11,543 bases of DNA from Selaginella moellendorffii (taxonomy: Eukaryota; Plantae; Lycopodiophyta), in the NCBI RefSeq assembly GCF_000143415.4, contig NW_003314287.1, positions 1,706,746 to 1,718,288 of the forward strand, written 5' to 3'. Below are positions 1-8,200 of the stretch, piece after piece. Below the pieces are notes generated by a model, which was not told the origin of the DNA, made no database searches, and was given only the letters and a program-made list of their open reading frames with translations. Every line of letters begins with the position of its first letter. The stretch's first letter is position 1. Both the position numbers and the translations under genes were made by a program.

Positions 1-1518
1 AACAAAGCGCTGCGTCCCCCTAGGGAAGGAGACCTCTACACTAGATCGCGAGGAAATTATCAATGCTAGCAACGATGGCAATGCAAGTGACGATGGAGAC
101 GAGGATGAGGAAGCTCCAGATCAAGTTCATGTTCCACCACCAGACAGTCAGGAACAGGCTCCAATTCAACCATCAAACAACCAAGATCCGGATCAGGTTT
201 TACCAGTAAATAACGATGATCAAGTGGTTCACAGAATATCACGTCGACCTCGAGGTAAGCAAAAGTGAATTTTACAAACTAAAGGTGGTAATACATGTTT
301 TTTGCAGCAATGACTGTTGGTAGTAATTTCATTCCAGCTCGACGAAATGCTCGTGAAGAGGAGTTGGAGGAACTCTCATCCACAACACGCCATATGACGG
401 TATCATACTATTTATTACTTTTTTCATTCACTTAGCTCTTTTATAGGTCCGTCCTGTGTCCCCAATAACACAACGAGGCATTGTGGGTATCTTCATTGGC
501 TCTTATAGTAGATTATTGACATCTTTCACGGAAGACGACATCAACATGGATATACGCCGCCAGTTCAACCGTTGGTGCCGAAAGATACAAAGGCCCGTGC
601 TCCCAGTTGCGGACTTCATTCTCTTCGACTTTCCAGATGGTCTTTCAGATATCGATGGGAAAGTTGAGGATTGGAACTTTCTCACACCTGACCACTTGCG
701 CGATGCAATCCTATTGTCCGAAGTACTTATGCTCGAAGCTGGCCATGTCGTCTTCATCCTACCGAACGACCCCAACTGGATGTATGAGCTTATGACGTGC
801 GCAGCAGAAGTTCATTTCAAGTCATTCTCTTCCGGGTGCATTATGGATCCTATTGGCGTTGATACGAGGGGCGTCCAAGGGAAGCCTGAAAAGGTGAGTA
901 TGTATTTTATATTTTTATCTAATTTCTAAACATTTTTATTTTCCAGGTTATGATGTGGACCTATCATGCCTTCTGCAGAAACACACATGATGGGTTTCGT
1001 GATAGCGAACGTGCAGCACGTGTTTTGCCTGGGTACGACAGTTCCACTAACATCATACCCAACCTTGTGGATGAGCAGATCCGCAACACGTTTCCAGGGT
1101 ACCGATTCCGAACTCCATCAGCAATGCAAGTCTTGCTTGAGCTCTATTGCCCACCAGATGGTATTGTGATTGATTGCACAGCAGGTAGTGGTTCTATGGT
1201 GGAGGCAGCACGTGACTCTGGTAGGTCGGTGTTTGCTATTGAAGAACTTCATTTCTTCAAACGCCGGCTCAGAGGATTTCGTGAGTTGCCTTCAACCTCA
1301 AGGAGGTAAATTATGTTTATTAAAATTTCAATATATATTTCATTCTATTTTATAAATCACAGTCACCTGGAGTTTCTAGAATTGGAGGCTTTGGAAGTCT
1401 CCCTGACTATGCAGAAGCCATGGCTCAACATATGCAAGGTGAATCTTCCCCACAATACCACTATAGGAGGAAGTATAAAAGAAATCATTATGTTGATGAT
1501 GAGGCAGAAGAAAGTTAA
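1..1518 (+). CDS. Spliced beta-class N4-cytosine/N6-adenine DNA methyltransferase-like protein, 5' part outside window. Exons <2-254, 308-399, 447-893, 947-1305, then a last exon probably 1380-1518 (alternatives: 1363-1534, or an unspliced stop at 1309).
   Basis: Manual splicing at GT-AG introns 255-307, 400-446 and 894-946 joins all exons in frame without stops. An acidic/Pro-rich linker (DDGDEDEEAPD) is followed by a motif IV-like ADFILFDFPDGL...WN (DFPD at 627-638). Then come a motif X-like RTPSAMQVLLELYCPPDG, motif I IVIDCTAGSGS (DCTAGSGS at 1172-1195) and a motif II/III-like AARDSGRSVFAIE. This matches the N6_N4_Mtase pattern KP..L...LI..S.PGD.VLDPFxGSGT...A...GR..IG.E. Intron 1306-1379 would give a C-terminus ending YVDDEAEES*. 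Confidence 0.85.
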
Positions 1519-1552
1519 TTGCATCCTTACATAAAATGGAAAGCTTGTTATA

Positions 1553-1617
1553 TGTTAGATGTCAGTGAAAGTGTCAGATGTCAGTAAAATTGTTAGATGT
1601 CAGTGTCAGTGTCAGAT
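1553..1617. repeat. Imperfect 19-bp tandem repeat (about 3 units) rich in TGTCA
   Basis: Units are TGTTAGATGTCAGTGAAAG / TGTCAGATGTCAGTAAAAT / TGTTAGATGTCAGTGTCAGTGTCAGAT, with six TGTCA cores. Confidence 0.8.
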
Positions 1618-1827
1618 ACCATAATTATAGATTATCATTCTCACCTGTCACCATCACTTTGTAGCGTTTGTGTGTTGCCATCTCCTCCTTCAACATTTTG
1701 TAAGCAATTGTATGTGATATGATAGCACCTTCTAGAACAAGGTATGTTACCTACAACTAATATCATTTTATTATATTTTTTCTTTTAATAGTGACAATAC
1801 TATAGTATAGTAAAGTAATTCTAGATC

Positions 1828-2373
1828 TTACATTCCACTATAGGGTGGCCTAAAAACCCTATATTTTGCACTAGCCAATGTAGTGTTTCCCAAGGGGATG
1901 TTGTTCCTCACCATGAAGCGATAGTGGGTATGTGTCTGTAACTCATTCTTGAATCTATTGTACATCCACATGTGCACATTTTCCAGACCTGTCGTTGGGC
2001 AATTCTTATAGTGCTCAAGAAAAGTTTGTAAACCCATAGAGCCATTTGTCTTGTCCAAGAAAAAGTAGCATATTGGACACCGAATGTAATAGCGTTCTGT
2101 GCTTTCAAGTAGTCCTGCCATGTCAGGAGCAAGATCTTGCAAAAACATGTGGCATTGCTCTTGAAGCGCTAAAGGCAATCCCTCTCTAGTAGCAAGATCC
2201 GAAATTTCACATATAGGGAGCTCTAATTTAGCTTCACTAGAGCCCTCAGCAGAAAAAGGATTATTATGTAGAGGTGAAGGTGGAATGTTGGTAGAACTTG
2301 GGGATGGAGGTGGAGATTGATATGAAATGCTGGGGGGCCAAGTATGATTAGCAATGGGTCTCCTTTGAGCCAT
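1828..2373 (-). CDS. Intronless 181-aa protein with a Pro/Ser-rich N-terminus and a C2HC (BED-like) zinc finger
   Basis: The track ORF is 1828-2409 and its first ATG is at 2373 (MAQRRP...). YIRCPICYFFLDKTNGSMGLQTFLEHYKNC is C-X2-C-X18-H-X3-C (1999-2079). A TATATAAA lies about 70 nt upstream. Confidence 0.65.
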   Translation of the reverse strand: MAQRRPIANHTWPPSISYQSPPPSPSSTNIPPSPLHNNPFSAEGSSEAKLELPICEISDLATREGLPLALQEQCHMFLQDLAPDMAGLLESTERYYIRCPICYFFLDKTNGSMGLQTFLEHYKNCPTTGLENVHMWMYNRFKNELQTHTHYRFMVRNNIPLGNTTLASAKYRVFRPPYSGM

Positions 2374-2442
2374 TTCAATATAAACTTCTAAGGAGCTCAA
2401 GGAGAACAAAAAACCTACAATGAATATAACTTTTCTAGATAG

Positions 2443-2450
2443 TTTATATA
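2443..2450 (-). promoter_or_regulatory. Putative TATA box of the zinc-finger gene
   Basis: The minus strand reads TATATAAA, between the 46-bp repeats and the ATG at 2373. Confidence 0.45.
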
Positions 2451-2461
2451 CTAAGTTTTAG

Positions 2462-2599
2462 TCTTGGGAATGCGGTTTATTTATTATGACACTGACAATA
2501 CTCAGATTCTTGGGAACGAGGTTTATTTATTATGACACTGACAATACTCAGATTCTTGGGAATGAGGTTTATTTATTATGACACTGACAATACTCAGAT
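2462..2599. repeat. 3 x 46-bp near-perfect tandem repeat, each unit containing TGACACTGACA
   Basis: Units 2462-2507, 2508-2553 and 2554-2599 read TCTTGGGAAYGMGGTTTATTTATTATGACACTGACAATACTCAGAT. Partial echoes AGTCTTGGAAATG occur at 2612-2624 and within 2846-2862. Confidence 0.95.
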
Positions 2600-3078
2600 T
2601 CTTTAAATGTCAGTCTTGGAAATGGGGCTTCATAATCATAGCTTTCTTGTAAACATAAGAGCTTCTAGAATTTTAGATTATCGTGTATACACATGCTCTA
2701 TCATTATGATGAAACCTACTTTGCTACACATATATTCTTTTCTACACATGCCAAATGTCTACGGAAATAAATTGCAAGGAAATATAGACCACATTATAGT
2801 GGTAGAGCACGTTGGCACGCTACCATTCTCTCATGTGAAATTGGCTTTTAGTCTTGGAAATGTAGATAAAGTTGATTCTTTGATGTGATATTACTTTTGA
2901 GTCTTTCGAAAGATTTTGATTTCTTTTATCATTATTTACAAACAATTCCCAAAAACTTTTAATGAGGATTCACTGCAAAATATACCTTGGTCTTATCATA
3001 TGAGAGGATTGCGATATAGGCAAGCAATAGAGTTTTTAATATGAATTAATATGTAAATTACAAATGTCATGGAAAGTT

Positions 3079-3327
3079 TTATGGAGTAGATTTCTTGGTG
3101 CTTTCCGCTGTGTTGTTCATTTCTTCATTTCTCTTGCTCTGGACTGTTGTTTCAGAAGTAACAGGAGCATTTTTATCAATCGTGATAGTGGTCTCCACAT
3201 TCCCAGATGGGTAATAAGGACCAGGAGTGTAATATGGAGATTGTGGTAGTGAAACAAAATTAACATTCTCACATTCCTTTGCATTACAACTCTTACTCAC
3301 AAATCTTGTATTTTCCTTGCTTCCCAT
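3079..3327 (-). CDS. Small hypothetical protein (about 82 aa from MGSKENT...), Ser/Thr/Pro-rich
   Basis: The track ORF is 3079-3393 and its first ATG is at 3327. The sequence is low-complexity (PQSPYYTPGPYYPSG) with no recognisable domain. Confidence 0.35.
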   Translation of the reverse strand: MGSKENTRFVSKSCNAKECENVNFVSLPQSPYYTPGPYYPSGNVETTITIDKNAPVTSETTVQSKRNEEMNNTAESTKKSTP

Positions 3328-3415
3328 CTTCTCAAGAACCCTAAAAACTCTTTTGAATGAAGGAATAGTATCTACAGCTGTAAAAGTATTCAAAATATTA
3401 AGTAGTCAAATCAAA

Positions 3416-3440
3416 TATGACAGCTGTAACAGTTGTCATA
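3416..3440. promoter_or_regulatory. 25-bp near-perfect palindrome containing TGACAGCT (TALE/KNOX-type site)
   Basis: TATGACAGCTGT-A-ACAGTTGTCATA, with one mismatch between the arms. Confidence 0.55.
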
Positions 3441-3606
3441 ATAAAATAATATAGTTTTATAAAAGATAGGTTCTCATGAACTTTGTCTTTTTTAAACAAT
3501 TCAATCTTATAGAAACTTTTAACTTAGATATTTACGTATTTTAATATTTTAAAGTTTGCTAGAACCTTCATTTGTTCAATTTAGATCTCCTTTGTAATAT
3601 TTCTTA

Positions 3607-3698
3607 TTGACTATGTTGACTTGAGTTGACTTGTGTTGAATTGAGCTCAACTCATGAGCTCAACTCAACTTTGGACCATCCCCCCCCCACACACACAC
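3607..3698. repeat. TTGAC/TTGAG pentamer array with a 15-bp hairpin, followed by poly-C and (CA)n; possible transposon terminus
   Basis: TTGACT occurs at 3607, 3616 and 3626. Hairpin arms are GTTGAATTGAGCTCA (3635-3649) and TGAGCTCAACTCAAC (3655-3669), with one mismatch. A C-run and CA repeat follow at about 3680-3698. Confidence 0.55.
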
Positions 3699-4525
3699 TC
3701 ATAGTTCCAAGTTCAAGTGCAAGAGAAAATGGGTGGAACCTGAACCTTCGTTGAATTGATGTTGGAAATATCCCTAAATCTAGCCACCAAATGCAAATTG
3801 AGGTGGCAATGAGCTAGTGCCATAACAGGCTCCACTTCCTGGTAACATTAACAAATAAAGCTCAAAAAGAGCAAACCTCAAATCCTATTAGTGAGGGTTA
3901 AGTTTGAAATCCTATATGGGATAATAATGGGAATATACACTTCACAAAATACAAAGAAATGGCATATTTATATGTCTTTTTAATGTATTGAAAATGGTTC
4001 TTGCTTTGCAAACTTTCCCATTCAAGCATGGAAGTTGAAGATTGTTGTTCCAACTACAACACCAAAATTAGATTAATGAGTAGATGATTTTTCCTTCAAT
4101 AGTGCAGCCACACTCAAGGCACCAATAGGAAATGCTGATTGAGGTGATTTTGACCCTTAGAATTCTTTCCAAGTCCATCAATCCAGAAAGCTCAAAAGCC
4201 TATCTTAAACTTTTCCATATTGGATATGCAAAGTGATGATTGCTATCCAAGATTCCATATCTATTAAGTATATGGTTTATAAGATTCCATCAAGACACTG
4301 CTTTATTGAGAGCCATATAGAATTCTATCAAAGAATATGGTGTCATATGTGATGATTATTATTACATATGCAAAACACATTAAGTGGTTTGCCATGCCAT
4401 TTTGGAGTGAATGGCTAAATAGATGACTCTTTAGAAGCTTAGAACTTCAATTATTCAAAAATTATTGTTTAATTGGTTTTATTTTCTTAAACTATAAAAA
4501 TTCATTAATAGAAATATTATAATTC

Positions 4526-4969
4526 TTAAAAACAAGTATTAAATAAAATTGGGGACAAGTTTATATGTGAGTTATTTTCTGAAAGCTCATCCCTTCTACT
4601 ATGTTCTACTCGCAAACTCATTGACCAATTATCTAATGTAACTATACCTCCTAGGTAGTAATTTTCAAGGCAGCTGAACCATATATCATACACAGCCTCC
4701 TTGAAGTCATTATATAAAATGTAGTGACATTGCCCAATATTAAAGAAACAACCTAAAGTTCCAATTCGGGCAACATATAAACCTGGTGCAAAATTATTAT
4801 GTGCATACTTATTCCATACTGTGGCTGCACATTTGCAATAGTTATTAGAGTTTGTTCCTATTCGTAATGTTCCAATACAATTTAAATAATATCTAGTAGA
4901 ATAAGAATGAGCCTCTTTATAATAAGCAGAAAGGCTCACTATGATAAAAGTGGACATCCAAAATTTCAT
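4526..4969 (-). CDS. Secreted small cysteine-rich protein, possibly with a KP4/Ecp2(Hce2)-like fold
   Basis: Intact 147-aa ORF starting at ATG. It has a hydrophobic N-terminus with a likely AHS|Y cleavage site and 7 Cys. The pattern ...G.C.F......D....V..I...C......GG.V is reminiscent of fungal secreted toxins/effectors. There is a dibasic RR before the tail and TTTATAAA at 5015-5022 upstream. Confidence 0.7.
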   Translation of the reverse strand: MKFWMSTFIIVSLSAYYKEAHSYSTRYYLNCIGTLRIGTNSNNYCKCAATVWNKYAHNNFAPGLYVARIGTLGCFFNIGQCHYILYNDFKEAVYDIWFSCLENYYLGGIVTLDNWSMSLRVEHSRRDELSENNSHINLSPILFNTCF

Positions 4970-5345
4970 AGCTGATATAAACTAATAATTTTAATTAGAG
5001 AATGTTTTAGAGGGTTTATAAAGTCATATGTTTGTTGAAAAAATTTACCAAACGACAGTGGAAGGGTTTTTAGTCAAGGAAAGGGTTGTGTATAATGAAA
5101 GAAAAATTAATGAGTAAAGACAAAAAATTTAAAAATTAAAGGATTAAATTTAATTTGTTCTTTCTAGTAATAGCATCCATTTTTTCATCCATAATATCGT
5201 GAACTAAAAGGATTTATAGGCAAGGATAAGACTGTTTTGGAGGCACCTCCACCAATGATGACTTTGCCTCCAATGAGTAATTTTCCTTTGAGAAACTTTC
5301 CCTGAATTTTCAAGATCATCACAGAAAATGTAGTTCTCTTTTCTT

Positions 5346-5753
5346 AAACTCATCCCTAGCTTGAAAGATGCTGCAGGAGCTCTTTTGAGTAATCAAACTC
5401 TGGCTAATGCAAGCAAGTCTAGATCCAAAAAAGTCTTGGACGAGTTTGGCAAGAAGCTGAAAGCTGAGAACACTGGAGGCAAGAGGTGAGAGTGATGATA
5501 GAAGTAAGCTGAAAAGCTTCCAAATCCAACAATGCTTACTTAGCTACTACTGTGGCATAGATTTCTCAAGGAGAAGATAGACAAAATTAGGCAAAAGCAG
5601 CTGGATGCCATAGACCACAGTCTCCAACAATTGTACAAGCACAACCAACTCATGTTTGGAAAGGTTGCTCAAGCTCCCACCTCCTGCAAAAGGTATGTGT
5701 CCTGGAAACTGTGCAAACCATTTACACAAGGAGGAGGGTACTCTACCGACTAG
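5346..5753 (+). pseudogene. Degenerate coding-like remnant (Lys/Glu-rich, helical); identity unknown, possibly transposon-derived
   Basis: Higher-GC stretch with broken frames KLIPSLKDAAGALLSNQTLANASKSRSKKVLDEFGKKLKAE and FLKEKIDKIRQKQLDAIDHSLQQLYKHNQLMFGK. No diagnostic motif. Confidence 0.25.
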
Positions 5754-5760
5754 AGCAACA

Positions 5761-6936
5761 TGGAACTTGGGTTAGACCCAAGTTGGACGCAAAACAAAGA
5801 GTAATATAGCCTAGCAGAAGCTAAATTAATGTCTCGGTGGTTGGATATGCATTCTAACCACTATCCTTATTTCTAGTTGTATCCAAGATGAAGATGCTGC
5901 TGGGTCATCATTGGTTTTGCAGGAGCTCCAAGTGGATGACGCATGATTGTCAATCAAGGCCTGGTGTTTTGCTTGTTGACAAGACTATCACTATGCTAGT
6001 TAGATTGGAAGTTGTTGAACATATAGGAATGAACATCATTCAAGCAGATATGAGCCATTAGTGTGGAGCTTGTTAGCTTTGACAAGGTGCTAACTTTATC
6101 TTCCTTTATATGCCACTCACCTTAGCCACCAAAATGAACTTCAGCAATGAGATATTTGCAAAAGTGAAGAAAGGTGTTCATATTGTCAAAGTAACTAGAA
6201 ATGGTGTGTTATTAATAAGAATTCATTAGTTCAAGTGACATTATAATTTAATATTACAAATGTGACTATAGGTATCAAAAGTTATCTATTAGTTAGTCCT
6301 TTCAGATATTGCCATGACGATAAGAGATCAGTATTACTAGATCCTTTTTCAGTCTCCATCCAAGCTAGTTGAGAAATTCGTCATCATGTATATACTTATG
6401 CCAGATAAACATAAAGTAGGAACTCCTATGTATTTCTTGTTAAGCATACTTGGCTTGGTATGAAAAATTCATATGTTGGCTTGCACTTGTTAATGTTAGG
6501 AACCCCTATGATATTGAGCTTGGTCCCTTAATATTTGCAGATGATAACTTACTGTGTCTGCCAAACACCCTCACTATCATGCACCTTATGTTAGTTCTAT
6601 TTAGTCTCAATTGTTATCTATAAAAAATTTCTAAATTTACTAATTTAGCATATCTACTGAATGTAGAAATTGTCTTGAACATAATGGTGTTAGTCCCGTG
6701 TTCAAATTCACAATCTAACACTATTCCATATTTAATAAGTTTCGAGTTAATCCTAGAGATTAACTCCTAGACTAGGGGTGAAAGCCCAAAACATGAGGAG
6801 CCTGTGGGGGGTTTTAAATGTATAGTAAAGATAGTGGGTAAGTCAGGCATGGTTGACTAACTTGAGATATAGTTTAGCTCCCATTTGTGTGCTTGTCTTT
6901 GTTCTATATCTAGCTTGGGTCTAAGCCCAAGTTCCA
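5761..6936. repeat. Inverted pair of about 40-bp repeats (5761-5800 and 6896-6936), each with an internal hairpin
   Basis: The reverse complement of 5761-5800 aligns to 6896-6936 with 6 mismatches (all transitions) and 1 indel. The core hairpin is AACTTGGGT-TAG-ACCCAAGTT. Confidence 0.75.
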
Positions 6937-7332
6937 CACTATGTTAGTTAGTGAAGTATTCATATCCTTGCATTATGTCACCGATATGCTAAAATAGCAC
7001 TATATTCTATTTGGCTCCATTTTGTATGTTAATCCTGGCATTGGGATGTTAAATGCTCTACAACTATTCCAAGTTGCTTTGTGCTCATATCCCATCACTC
7101 CTTAGGCTAAATGCTCAAAAATTGTTCTCTACTCTAGTTCCTTAGCTACAAGCTTGGGAGTTTGGATCCGTTCCTTTATTCAATGGCCTAAAGCTTTGAA
7201 ACTTAGGTTTGGCTCCCTTGTCCTTAGACACATGGCATATGGCACATGGCATATAAAGGGTTTAGGTTATACTTTATGGTTATCCTATGGTAAATCACCA
7301 TAGGATAAAGGGTGAAAACCACATATGCTACA
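6714..7332 (+). mobile_element. Probable degenerate solo LTR related to the TRIM LTR family
   Basis: Termini TCTAACAC...ATGCTACA resemble the TRIM LTR termini TGTAACAC...GTGCTACA. Flanks CACAA (6709-6713) and CTCAA (7333-7337) give a 4/5 TSD. Region 7260-7320 resembles the TRIM LTR core (TTTAG..ATACT...GGATAAA..GGGTRAAA). Confidence 0.45.
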
Positions 7333-8100
7333 CTCAAGTATTTGGAGTTTAATTTTTTTGATTTTCTTCCTTATATGCAGATATTTCCTACTTTTCAAGC
7401 TAATTTAGGTTTGTTTGGTGTATATGAATGTCCATTTTAGAATCCTAGTGTAAGGTGTTGATAAAGATATAGTATATACCTTCCCATTTTTCTAGCATTT
7501 AACAAAATTTGGATATAGGCAAGAAGGAATATCTTGAATGGCAATTATGTATTCTCCACTTTCTATTTTAACTATGTACTCATATGCAAGTGCAATGATA
7601 TATTTTTTAGAGAAAATCTCACACTCAAGTGTTTGAGCCAAATTTATTTTACCCTACTTTTTTTAGAGATGATACCAATAAATTTTACTATTTTATCTTT
7701 TCTTATTTGGCCTCTTATACATCTCTGTGGGAATAATGTCAGGTTTGTTACTCATGTCTCCAACTCTCTTCCTCTCAAAATTGAAATCAAATTTCTTAAA
7801 GCTTTCAATCTCATTTGATGTGAATATGACCCCATAAGAAACTGGCCATTCTTTATGTATTATATCAAGTTTTGTCACTATAGCATCTTCAAGCCACTTT
7901 ATTTGGTTAGCATCGATATTGTAGCAATATAATTAGCACTATCTCAAAAATTCTACTTGCTTTCATTCCTTATTGAAACATGGGGTTAGAATAGAATTAG
8001 ATTTGTTACCATAGATCCAAACTTAGTATTTATCCCTCAAAAACATCCATATACATTTTACATTGGATTTTGTTAGCACTTGGTGGATTGCCCATTTCCT

Positions 8101-8200
8101 NNNNNNNNNNNNNNNNNNNNNNNNNNNNNNNNNNNNNNNNNNNNNNNNNNNNNNNNNNNNNNNNNNNNNNNNNNNNNNNNNNNNNNNNNNNNNNNNNNNN
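8101..8200. other. Assembly gap (100 N)
   Basis: Run of exactly 100 N; true size and contiguity are unknown. Confidence 0.99.

Noticed and set aside
447-1309. Bacterial restriction-modification methyltransferase / contaminant contig, or two separate ORFs (456-929 and 950-1309)
   Set aside because: The ORFs are joined in frame by canonical spliceosomal introns with AT-rich composition, there is no cognate nuclease, and the flanking elements are eukaryotic transposons.
503-1355. Track ORFs 503-775(-), 607-795, 966-1169 and 1170-1355
   Set aside because: These are shadow frames overlapping the motif-bearing methyltransferase exons.
2462-2599. CRISPR array
   Set aside because: The units are contiguous near-identical 46-mers with no unique spacers, there are no cas genes, and the context is eukaryotic.
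2607-3249. ORFs 2607-2888(+) and 3064-3249(+)
   Set aside because: They have no domain features and AT-rich non-coding-like composition; the second is antisense to a more plausible ORF.
3635-3705. Helitron 3' end
   Set aside because: A hairpin is present, but there is no CTRR terminus about 10-15 nt downstream on the plus strand.
3700-4480. Possible decayed transposase or other pseudogene
   Set aside because: There are short coding-like patches, but no motif could be identified with confidence; tBLASTx is needed.
7693-7878. LINE reverse-transcriptase fragment (KPDIIPTEMYK resembling PDGIPAEFYK)
   Set aside because: No RT motifs follow. The same strand and frame lead into a SWIM-like remnant, so it is better explained as the MULE transposase linker.
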